A stretch of DNA of 64,000 nucleotides, from contig JAJDTP010000021.1 of NCBI GenBank assembly GCA_022827095.1, forward strand, positions 258,771-322,770. The letters are read 5' to 3'. Under the pieces are notes generated by a model. It was not told where the DNA came from and ran no database searches. It was given only the letters and a program-made list of their open reading frames with translations. The DNA comes from Dehalococcoidia bacterium. GTDB lineage: Bacteria; Chloroflexota; Dehalococcoidia; Lucifugimonadales; UBA3495. Position 1 is the stretch's first letter. Every line of letters begins with the position of its first letter. The position numbers were made by a program, and so were the translations under genes. Positions 1-8,517 of this stretch are shown one piece after another.

Positions 1-230
1 ACGTCAAATCCATACCTGAAGGGCTTCTTACCCACCAAACCGAACAGGTCCAGAGTTCCGGATCCAGCACGAAGCTGACGCCCGCAGAAATACGGAGCGG
101 AGTCAAACAAATCGGGCACCACAATGAGAGCAGTCTCAAGTAAATCTTCGCTGAAATCGCCCGATTCCAGCATCTCTACGTATCTGAGTTTATCTGCATC
201 CGATGCTGGCAGCGTGATCTGATTTGGCAT
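1..230 (-). CDS. hypothetical protein, N-terminal part only (ORF runs off the left edge)
   Basis: ATG at 228-230 (minus strand) opens a stop-free frame to position 1 (MPNQITLPASDADKLRYVEMLESGDF...). Absent from the ORF track because no stop lies in the window. Visibly AT-richer than neighbours. No family recognised. Confidence 0.3.
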   Translation of the reverse strand, partial: MPNQITLPASDADKLRYVEMLESGDFSEDLLETALIVVPDLFDSAPYFCGRQLRAGSGTLDLFGLVGKKPFRYGFD

Positions 231-292
231 TCTAGTACCCGCCAGTCGTCAAATAGAGACCGCAGCAAGTACAATGGCAGAAAGGGGAGAGC

Positions 293-775
293 CTATCCTT
301 CTTCCCGCTCTGCCATAGCCAGCACCTCGGCCCATTCCTCGGGCGTCACGGGCTGTATGGAGAGGCGTTGGCCGCGCTTGATGACCTGCATGTCGACCAG
401 GGCCGGGTTGGCCTTGAGCTCGTTGAGGCTGACGAAACGAGGCAGGCGCGTTTCGGCCTTGATGTCAACCATCAACCAGGTTGGGTTGGCCGGGTCGGAC
501 TTGGGATCGTAGTAACGGGAGCTGGGATCCCAGGCGGTGTCGTCGGGGTAGGATTCGCGGACGATGCGGGCCGTGCCGATGACGCCAGGAGGCTTGGCGT
601 TGCTATGGTAGAAGAGGATGTAGTCGCCGACCCGCATGTCGTCGCGCATGAAGTTGCGGGCCTGGTAGTTGCGGACGCCATCCCACTCGGCGGTCTGGTC
701 GTCCTCGGCCATGAGGTCGTCATACGAGAAGGAAGCAGGCTCGGACTTGAACAGCCAGTAGCGGGGTTCGGGCAT
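293..775 (-). CDS. EVE (PUA-like) domain protein
   Basis: Begins MPEPRYWLFKSEP, then WDGVRNYQARNFMRD and GDYILFYHS, typical of EVE/DUF55. Start moved to internal ATG 773-775 because the track's N-terminal extension overlaps the PII gene region. Confidence 0.8.
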   Translation of the reverse strand: MPEPRYWLFKSEPASFSYDDLMAEDDQTAEWDGVRNYQARNFMRDDMRVGDYILFYHSNAKPPGVIGTARIVRESYPDDTAWDPSSRYYDPKSDPANPTWLMVDIKAETRLPRFVSLNELKANPALVDMQVIKRGQRLSIQPVTPEEWAEVLAMAEREEG

Positions 776-821
776 TGCGGACTCCGTTTTGCATCGATGG
801 ACCGGGTGTTCAGGAATTCGT

Positions 822-1187
<366 letters not shown>

Positions 1188-1259
1188 TCAATTGTAATCG
1201 TTATGTCCGCCAATATGCATGCTGCTGAATGGTTGGTAACTTTTCAGAATTCAGGGGTT

Positions 1260-1396
1260 GTCATTGCGAGCGTAGCGCGGCAATCTCGTCGGCGCAGGGG
1301 AATACTTCAAGGCAGACGTTGCTGCCTTGGCGTCGCGATTGCCACGGCGCAAGCGCCTCGCAATGACACTTCCTCCACAAGTCTGAACAGTTACGC
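1260..1396. repeat. composite copy of the intergenic palindromic repeat family
   Basis: Arm GTCATTGCGAGCGTAGCGCGGCAATCTCGTC (1260-1290) faces GCGATTGCCACGGCGCAAGCGCCTCGCAATGAC (about 1335-1372). A small hairpin (caaggcag/ctgccttg) lies in the loop. The 3' tail CACTTCCTCCACAAGTCTGAACAGTTACGC is shared with the copy at 35869-35929. Confidence 0.85.
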
Positions 1397-1477
1397 TGTT
1401 TGATGTCCGTGGACCGAAAGCGTATCTCTGCGTTACCCATGAGGCCTGGTTCGCAGAGCGGCGCGACGACGCGCCGG

Positions 1478-3109
1478 CTATCTCCGAATTTGGATGCCCG
1501 CGGCTTCCCGATCGAAGCAATCCGAAGTGAGGTCTTCTCGTTCCTGGCGTAACACATCTTTCCGGACGCGAAGACTGGGGGTTCGCGGCAGTTCGTCGCG
1601 GACTTCGATGTAACGGGGAACTTTGAAGTAGGCCAGGCGGTCAGCGCACCAGTAGATGACATCCTCGGGCTGGGGCGACGCGCCGGGCCGCGGCGTGATG
1701 TAGGCCTTGACCTCGTCTTCGCCAAGCTCGGAGGGAACCGCGATGATGGCGCAGTCGAGGACATGCTCATGGCTCTTGATCACGTCCTCGACTTCCTGGG
1801 AGGAGATGTTCTCGCCACGGCGACGGATGACGTCCTTCTTGCGGTCGACGAAGTACAGGTAGTTGTCGTCGTCGAGCCAGCCGAGGTCGCCGGTGAACAG
1901 CCAGCCATCGCGCAAGGATGCGCCGGTCTCAGCGTCGTTGCGCCAATAGCCGGCCATGGTCGCGGGGTTTTGGATGGTGATCTCGCCGGGCTGGCCGTTC
2001 GGAACCGGGACGCCGGCATCATCGACGATGCGGACGGAGTTTTCGAAGGCGGCGTCGGGATGCTTTCGAGGCTGACCGGAAGAGTTAGGACGGCGCTCGC
2101 CGCGGATGGCCTCAATGGTGCCATAGCAGGTTTCGGTCATTCCGAAGCCGACGATGATGTCGGTGCCGAAGCGCTGCTCGAACTCGGCGAGAAATTCCGG
2201 GGAGAAAGCCGGCGATCCGTAGAACAGGCGAACGGTGTTGTCGGCATCATCGGGTTGCGGATCGTTCTTGGCAAGGACGGGCATCATCATGCCGATGAAA
2301 TTGACCACCGTGGCGTCAGCGTCGCGCACTTGGTCCCAGAAGCGTGAGGCGCTGAAACGGTCCTGCACAATCAGCGTGGCGCCGGAGGCGAGGGTGCCCA
2401 TGGTGCTGTAGTACTGGGCGTTGGCGTGGAAGTAAGGGAGGCAGGTGAAGAAGCGGTCGTCGGGGGTGGCCTGCGTCCAGAGGGCGAAACCCTGTCCGGC
2501 GGACACGTACATCTGGTGGGTGACCTGCACCCCCTTTGGGTTGCCCGTGGTGCCCGAGGTGTACTGGAGCATGGAGATATCGGTGGGCGACACGGAGGGC
2601 AGTTCGGCGATCTCGGGCGCGGCGTTCAGCAGCTCGGAGTAAACGGTCCAACCGGAAGGCGCCGGGTCCTCGCCAACGAAGAGGCGATGGCGAACGCAGG
2701 GAGCAATGTTGGCGGCCTGGGTTGCCACGTCGAGCAAGCTCTGGTGGGCGACGAGGGCGGAAGCGTCGGCGTTGTTCAGGATGAAGGCCATCTCATCGCG
2801 CCGGTAGGCCGTATTGATGGTGACGGCGATGCCCCCGATGAGCGCGAGGCCGAACCAGGTGTACAGAACCTCGGGGACATTCGGTAGGAACAGACAAACG
2901 CGATCACCGTGGCCGATGCCCAAGTCGCGGAACATGGTGGCCGCAGAGCGGCAGCGACGATAGAAATCGGAATAGGTGATCTGCTGCCCCGCGATTTCAA
3001 CGAAAACCTTTTCGGGGTTGGACCGCACCACGATATCAAGGAATTCGCCGAGCGACTTTTCCCACGAATGGCGATCGGGAAGGGGATCCAGACCGAGGAT
3101 GCTACTCAT
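1478..3109 (-). CDS. AMP-dependent acyl-CoA synthetase/ligase (CaiC/FadD-like)
   Basis: 543 aa. AMP-binding signature YTSGTTGNPKGV, plus GFGMTE and TGDLGWLDDDNYLYFVDRKKD motifs. Confidence 0.9.
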   Translation of the reverse strand: MSSILGLDPLPDRHSWEKSLGEFLDIVVRSNPEKVFVEIAGQQITYSDFYRRCRSAATMFRDLGIGHGDRVCLFLPNVPEVLYTWFGLALIGGIAVTINTAYRRDEMAFILNNADASALVAHQSLLDVATQAANIAPCVRHRLFVGEDPAPSGWTVYSELLNAAPEIAELPSVSPTDISMLQYTSGTTGNPKGVQVTHQMYVSAGQGFALWTQATPDDRFFTCLPYFHANAQYYSTMGTLASGATLIVQDRFSASRFWDQVRDADATVVNFIGMMMPVLAKNDPQPDDADNTVRLFYGSPAFSPEFLAEFEQRFGTDIIVGFGMTETCYGTIEAIRGERRPNSSGQPRKHPDAAFENSVRIVDDAGVPVPNGQPGEITIQNPATMAGYWRNDAETGASLRDGWLFTGDLGWLDDDNYLYFVDRKKDVIRRRGENISSQEVEDVIKSHEHVLDCAIIAVPSELGEDEVKAYITPRPGASPQPEDVIYWCADRLAYFKVPRYIEVRDELPRTPSLRVRKDVLRQEREDLTSDCFDREAAGIQIRR

Positions 3110-3385
3110 ACGTAAACTCGGGGTCTGACGGCCACGAACCGGCAGCCGGCGACGGATTGCGTAGACGCCACGCTATCACGCGAGTGGGGGGCGGTCAAGC
3201 GACCAATCCACCACGCATGCGGGCAGCGGTGCAACGGACGCGGCTTCAGGAGGAGGCCGCCGGAAACGCGTTGGGTCGCGTCGGTTTGGGGAGCCGCGAA
3301 TCACGGATGTCGGCGGCCAGATAGGCGACCGTGCTAAAATTGTTGTGCAGTCACCGGAAGAGGTTTTCGAAATCGTACGCAACGG

Positions 3386-3649
3386 GTGCACAAATTGCAG
3401 CTAACCGGCAGAGGCGTTTGGATCGCCTTGACCTCCGCAATATTCTGGGCAGCGTCGTTGGTGGCAATGCTTGCCGGCGGCTACGTGGTGGCCGTTGGGA
3501 CCCCGTGTCTCTGCGCCGACGTCAACGGTTTCATGCTGGGCGGAGGGCTGGTGATAATCCTCGCCAGCGCAGGCATGCTGCTCTGGTCGCGCGAGTTGGC
3601 GCGACTGGTCGTCGACAGACTGACCAAACTGGCAACTCAGCAAAAATAG
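3386..3649 (+). CDS. small hypothetical membrane protein
   Basis: 87 aa with a GTG start and two hydrophobic segments (IALTSAIFWAASLVAMLAGGYVV and LGGGLVIILASAGMLLW). No family recognised. Confidence 0.4.
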   Translation: MHKLQLTGRGVWIALTSAIFWAASLVAMLAGGYVVAVGTPCLCADVNGFMLGGGLVIILASAGMLLWSRELARLVVDRLTKLATQQK

Positions 3650-3809
3650 CCACTGCGGAAAGCATCCGGGCAGGGAGCTTCTCCGCATGACTCTCCACGG
3701 GCGACTTCGGGAGCTGTGGCAGAGGTAGGGGCGCCCCGCTTCAAGCGCCCCAAAGTTAAGCTGCGAACTGTCCGGGCATTGCCGATATCTTGATCCAGCC
3801 GGCTCCGTC

Positions 3810-4712
3810 CTAAAGTTGGCGCAGCTTGGGATCCAAGCGATCGCGCAACCAGTCTCCGAACACGTTGAACGCGATCACGACCATGGTTATCGCGACGCCG
3901 GGGATGATGGAAATCCACCAGGCCGTGGCAACTTTCGCCCGGCCGTCAGCGACCATCTGACCCCACGATGGCGTGGGCGGGGGGATGCCGGCGCCCAGGA
4001 AGCTGAGCGATGCTTCGGTCAGGATGACCAGGCCGACGTGCAACGTCAACATGACCATGAAGGAATTGAAAACGTTGGGCATTATGTGAACGAACATGAT
4101 GCGGGCGCCGGAGCAACCGTGGACGTGAGCCAGCGCAACAAAGTCGTTGTCTTTGAGCCCCAACACCTCGCCTCGCGTGACCCGTGCGAACCGCGCCCAG
4201 AGAATCAGGGTCACGGCAAGGACCACCGTCTGCAGTCCCTGCCCCATGGTAACTGCTAACAATAAAGCGAACAGAATTGTCGGGAAGGCAAGGGTGGCGT
4301 CCACCGCCCTCATGATGAACGTGTCCGTCTTGCCGCCGGCGTAGCCCGACAGCAGGCCCAGGACGCCGCCAATCGCGCCACCGGCCAGAAGCGCCGCGAA
4401 CGCTACGATCAGGCTGACCCTGGCGCCGTAGATCAGGCGGCTGAGGATGTCCCGTCCCAGAATGTCGGTGCCCAACAGATGCTTGGCAGACCCCTCTGCC
4501 TGCCAGGCTGGCGGCTGAAGTTTATCGCGCAAGGATTGCTTGGTCGGCGAATGGGGGGCGATCAGTGGCGCGAATATAGCCGCGAATATCATGACCGCGA
4601 TGATGATCACGGGTATCCAGGGCATTCGCTTGAGTTCGTACTTTAGCCGCTCCTGCCGTTCGCCAGATACTTCCAGTACTTGCACGCTGGTATCTACGCG
4701 GTCGCTGGCCAT
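3810..4712 (-). CDS. ABC transporter permease (peptide/nickel DppC/OppC type)
   Basis: 300 aa, multi-TM, N-terminal OppC-like segment, and the binding-protein-dependent transport motif region (ALAHVHGCSGARIMFVHIMPN). Confidence 0.9.
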   Translation of the reverse strand: MASDRVDTSVQVLEVSGERQERLKYELKRMPWIPVIIIAVMIFAAIFAPLIAPHSPTKQSLRDKLQPPAWQAEGSAKHLLGTDILGRDILSRLIYGARVSLIVAFAALLAGGAIGGVLGLLSGYAGGKTDTFIMRAVDATLAFPTILFALLLAVTMGQGLQTVVLAVTLILWARFARVTRGEVLGLKDNDFVALAHVHGCSGARIMFVHIMPNVFNSFMVMLTLHVGLVILTEASLSFLGAGIPPPTPSWGQMVADGRAKVATAWWISIIPGVAITMVVIAFNVFGDWLRDRLDPKLRQL

Positions 4713-4719
4713 ATCGCTC

Positions 4720-5637
4720 CTAGTCGTACCGGATCCTTGGATTGATGTAGGCGTAGAGTATATCGACGACCAGATTGACGCCGAGGATTATTACTGCATC
4801 CAGCAGGATCACCGCTTGCAACAGAGGAAAGTCGCGTTGCGCCACGGCGTCAATGGTGAGTCGGCCTATACCCGGCCAGGCAAACACGGTCTCGGTAACG
4901 ATTGCCCCAGTGACGAATCCGCCGACGAAGACGCCGAAGAGCGTCAACACTGGAATCAGGGCGTTGCGCAGGCAGTGCTTCCAGAAGACTTTCCATTCCT
5001 GCAAACCTTTAATGCGGGCGAGCTTGACGTACTCGGTATCCAGCACCTCGAGCATGCTGGACCGGATCAGCCGCATGATCCCGGCGATGGAGAATGTGCC
5101 CAGGGTGAACGCAGGCAGGATGTAGTGGGACGGCCCGCCCATTCTCCCGGGTGGAAGCACGTCCAGCCAAACGCTGAAAATGTAGATGCAGACGATGGCG
5201 ATCCAGAAATTGGGCGTGGCGACACCAAAAACCGCGATCCCGCCGGCCACTTGGTCGATCCAGGTGCCGCGTTTGACCGCTGCGATAACACCCAGGGGGA
5301 TCGCCACGCCTACCGCTATGATCATGGACAGCGGCAACAACTTCAGGGTGTTGGGCAGCCGCTCGAAGAACAGCTCCGCCGCTGGCTTTTTGTAAACGAT
5401 GGAATCGCCGAAGTCGCCGCGGACAATGCCGGTGAGAAACACGAAGAGCTGGACGTGGTACGGGCGATCCAGGCCGAGGTTCCGCTCTATGAACTGACGC
5501 TCTTCTTCAGTGGCGTCCTCCGGCACCATGAGGTCGGCCGGATTGCCGGTGGCCCGGGCCAAGGCAAACACGATCAGGGCGACGATGAAAAGCAGGACGA
5601 TGCCCTGCAACAGCCGGTTGAGGATGTATTTTTGCAA
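4720..5637 (-). CDS. ABC transporter permease (peptide/nickel DppB/OppB type)
   Basis: 305 aa. Begins MQKYILNRLLQGIVLLFIV. EYVKLARIKGLQEWKVFWKHCLRNALIPV is typical of the DppB family. Confidence 0.9.
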   Translation of the reverse strand: MQKYILNRLLQGIVLLFIVALIVFALARATGNPADLMVPEDATEEERQFIERNLGLDRPYHVQLFVFLTGIVRGDFGDSIVYKKPAAELFFERLPNTLKLLPLSMIIAVGVAIPLGVIAAVKRGTWIDQVAGGIAVFGVATPNFWIAIVCIYIFSVWLDVLPPGRMGGPSHYILPAFTLGTFSIAGIMRLIRSSMLEVLDTEYVKLARIKGLQEWKVFWKHCLRNALIPVLTLFGVFVGGFVTGAIVTETVFAWPGIGRLTIDAVAQRDFPLLQAVILLDAVIILGVNLVVDILYAYINPRIRYD

Positions 5638-5782
5638 ATCCCCGACCTCAATGAATGCTTCGCGCCGGGCGGTTCGGCCAGTTCCCGGCGCGAAGAGAGT
5701 TAAGGATCAGGGGTGGCGCAGAAGGTTCCCGGGTCGCCCCCGAGAGAACAAGCTACCCCTGAAACAGGAGGTTCAGATGCGA

Positions 5783-7651
5783 CTATTGCCAGGGATTCCC
5801 CTCGGCGTGGGGGATGCGATGGAAGACGTCTCCAAGTTCCCCGCGACCGTAGATGCCCTGCCAGCGGCCCACCGTTTCCGGATTTGACGCGTACAGGCTG
5901 ACGCCCTGGACAATCGGGACGCCGATCCACTGATCCGCTACCAACTGGAGGATGTCATTGGTAGCCTCGGCCCGCTTGGCATCGTCACGCTCGGAGATAG
6001 CGATCTCGTGGAGCCTCAGGTATTCCTCTCCCACCGGTGTCAGGCTATCGCGATCTCCGAATGCCACGTGGTTGCTGTCGGGGTGGAAAGTGGACTGATA
6101 CCGGGGTACTGGCAGCGGCCGGCCCGCGTTGCGGAAGATGCTGACCGCCCCGTTGAAGCCCTCGCCCCATTCGTCGTGTCCGGGCCGCCGGGTCATGGGA
6201 CTGAACACGCCGATTTCGATGATCTTCAGGTCAGCCTTGATACCGATCTCTTCCCAGAAACCCGTGACGGCCTGGCTGAGGTCGTTCATATACGGAGTGC
6301 CAGAGAAGTTGGTGCTCCAGAAGGTAACCTCGAATCCGTCAGCGTATCCGGCCTCGGCCAGCAACGCTCGGGCGCGGTCCGGATCGTACACCAACTCTTC
6401 TTCGCCCCATTTCTGCCACCGGGGAACATCGACGTCAACACTGGTGGGGAAGGTGGCGAAAGGCATGGAGGGTCGCCCGTAGCCGTTCAGCGTGAAGTCG
6501 ATGATGTCCTGGCGGTTGATGGCCAGTGACATGGCTTGCCGAACGCGAATATCACCGACGGGCAGCGCCTGGGCCTCTTCGTAGTAGAGACCCCAGAACT
6601 GGTAGATGAACATGCCCACGCCCTCGATAACCGTGAGCTGTGCGCCGGACGCTTCCACCTCAGGGGCCGATTCCGGCACCAGGTCGATGAGGTCGGCCTG
6701 GCCAGTCCGGACCATGGCGAGCTTGGTGCTCTCTTCAGGGACCAGCAGCAGGCTCATGTTGGCGAAGTGGGGGATGCCACGGTGGGACTTGTCGAAGGCC
6801 TCATAGCGGAAGTAATCGCCTACGGAGTGCTCGGCGTACATCCAGGGACCACTGCCTATCGGCTCGGCCCGAAATCCCTCGTCGCCTACGGACTCGATGT
6901 AGTCCTTGGGCATGATCTGGCCGCCCTGGAACACCGCCCTGGTGAGCAAGCTCCAGAAGTGAGGCTTTGATCCGTCGGTGTGCATCCGCAGGGTGTGATC
7001 ATCAATAATCTCGATGGCTTCCTCCGACGGCTGGCGGAGTTGCCGGTTGAGACGGTTACCGTCGCCCACGACGCTTTCTTCGTGGTACATGGTGCGCTCG
7101 AGGCTGAACTTCACGTCATGCGCATCCAGGACTTCGCCATTGTGGAACACCAGGCCCGGCGCGATATTGAAAGTCCAGCTGTTTCCGTCCGGGTCGATTC
7201 CCCATTCTGCTGCCACTCCGGGGCCGACTCCGCCATACTGGGACTCGTAGTTGAACCCGAGGAGAGCATCGTAGATGGGGGCCTGGTACTGAGCGTGCCC
7301 CGCGCGACCCTGGAGGATGGGGTCGGTGACCTGAGAGCCGAGGTTTTGCAGGCTCACCGTCAGGGTGCCCGCCGGGTCTTCTTGCTGGCGAACCACGTCC
7401 TGAACTGGCGGCACCGGCGTGGCTACCACCAGGACTTCCCTGGTGACTTCCACCTGCCTCTCGACCTCTACTTGCTTTTCGACCTCCACCTCGACCTGTT
7501 CGGTTACGACCTTTTCGACCTCCACCTGTTCGGTCACGACGCGCGTGACCTCGACGATCTGAGGGTCAGCAGGAGCTGCAGTTCCTCCGCAGGCCAGGAC
7601 GAGTGCAAGGGACAGTGTTAATGAACCGAGCAAGGCTGCCTTAAGCGACAT
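5783..7651 (-). CDS. ABC transporter substrate-binding lipoprotein, family 5 (peptide/nickel)
   Basis: 622 aa. Signal peptide with lipobox (LVLACGG), a Val/Glu-rich repeat linker, then an SBP_bac_5-like body. Confidence 0.85.
   Translation of the reverse strand: MSLKAALLGSLTLSLALVLACGGTAAPADPQIVEVTRVVTEQVEVEKVVTEQVEVEVEKQVEVERQVEVTREVLVVATPVPPVQDVVRQQEDPAGTLTVSLQNLGSQVTDPILQGRAGHAQYQAPIYDALLGFNYESQYGGVGPGVAAEWGIDPDGNSWTFNIAPGLVFHNGEVLDAHDVKFSLERTMYHEESVVGDGNRLNRQLRQPSEEAIEIIDDHTLRMHTDGSKPHFWSLLTRAVFQGGQIMPKDYIESVGDEGFRAEPIGSGPWMYAEHSVGDYFRYEAFDKSHRGIPHFANMSLLLVPEESTKLAMVRTGQADLIDLVPESAPEVEASGAQLTVIEGVGMFIYQFWGLYYEEAQALPVGDIRVRQAMSLAINRQDIIDFTLNGYGRPSMPFATFPTSVDVDVPRWQKWGEEELVYDPDRARALLAEAGYADGFEVTFWSTNFSGTPYMNDLSQAVTGFWEEIGIKADLKIIEIGVFSPMTRRPGHDEWGEGFNGAVSIFRNAGRPLPVPRYQSTFHPDSNHVAFGDRDSLTPVGEEYLRLHEIAISERDDAKRAEATNDILQLVADQWIGVPIVQGVSLYASNPETVGRWQGIYGRGELGDVFHRIPHAEGNPWQ
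7475..7540. repeat. in-frame tandem repeat encoding the VEVE-type linker of the binding protein
   Basis: Unit cttttcgacctccacctcgacctgttcggttacgac (7475-7510) is followed by cttttcgacctccacctgttcggtcacgac (7511-7540). Degenerate gacctc periodicity spans about 7441-7560. Confidence 0.8.
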
Positions 7652-8009
7652 TCGATACCTCCGACACTAAACGCAAATCGGGTGTTGCGGTTGTGATACC
7701 GGCGCACGATACACCTGTCCGCCGATTGCGGTCAACTTTATTGCTGTCGCACTGGGGCAACGGATAAGCTTTTCGTAATCGGCGGCTTGACTATCGTTGT
7801 TACGTGCACATCACTATCATTTGCGTCGCATTCGATATCCAAACCAACGGCTTGATTTCGATGCAGTTTTCGATATTCCATCCCTCACATGACGACGACG
7901 CGCCAGGCGGTTCAATTGACACCGGTTTAGGCCGGATTTAGACTCCGACCCACTTGGGCTTTGCCAACGATTGGCGGCCGGGTATGCACGAATTTATCGA
8001 CGGTCGGAT

Positions 8010-8417
8010 ATGGTTATTTCAGTTGACGAGCGATGCCTGCGACTTACCGACGAAAGCGGGGAGCGGGGAGCGTTGTTGGGGATGCGGTGTTTGCAGTGCG
8101 GGGTCCACGTTTTCGGTCCAGCTACGTTCTGCCAGTCGTGCACGTCACCGGACCTGGAAGAGGTGGAACTGTCCGCCGATGGAACGCTGTACAGCTACAC
8201 TATCGTCAGGGTGCCACCGTCGGGTTGGCCGGGGCCGGTGCCTTACGTGCTTGGTGAGACTGAGTTACCCGAGGGACCCCACGTGCTGGCCGAGGTGATC
8301 GACTGCGCGCACGAAGACCTCCGGGTAGGGATGCCGGTGACGTTGGCGCTTCAGACCGTGGGGATGGACGGAATCGAAGGATCAGAGCGCGCCGTGTACA
8401 AGTGGCGGCCGGTTTAG
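8010..8417 (+). CDS. Zn-ribbon/OB-fold protein (DUF35 family, thiolase partner)
   Basis: CxxC...CxxC ribbon (CLQCGVHVFGPATFCQSC) followed by an OB-fold segment (GTLYSYTIV...GMPV). ATG at 8010 preferred over the TTG at 7971. Confidence 0.8.
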   Translation: MVISVDERCLRLTDESGERGALLGMRCLQCGVHVFGPATFCQSCTSPDLEEVELSADGTLYSYTIVRVPPSGWPGPVPYVLGETELPEGPHVLAEVIDCAHEDLRVGMPVTLALQTVGMDGIEGSERAVYKWRPV

Positions 8418-8423
8418 GGTGCG

Positions 8424-8453
8424 ACGAGATTGCCACGCTTCGCTCGCAATGAC
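8424..8453. repeat. solo arm of the palindromic repeat family
   Basis: CGAGATTGCCACGCTTCGCTCGCAATGAC, sitting in the spacer between the DUF35 gene and the thiolase-like gene. Confidence 0.85.
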
Positions 8454-8517
8454 AACTCCACACGAGTGGACGCGGCGATACCGCGCTTCGCACGTACTAA
8501 ATGAAGGTGGTAATCAG

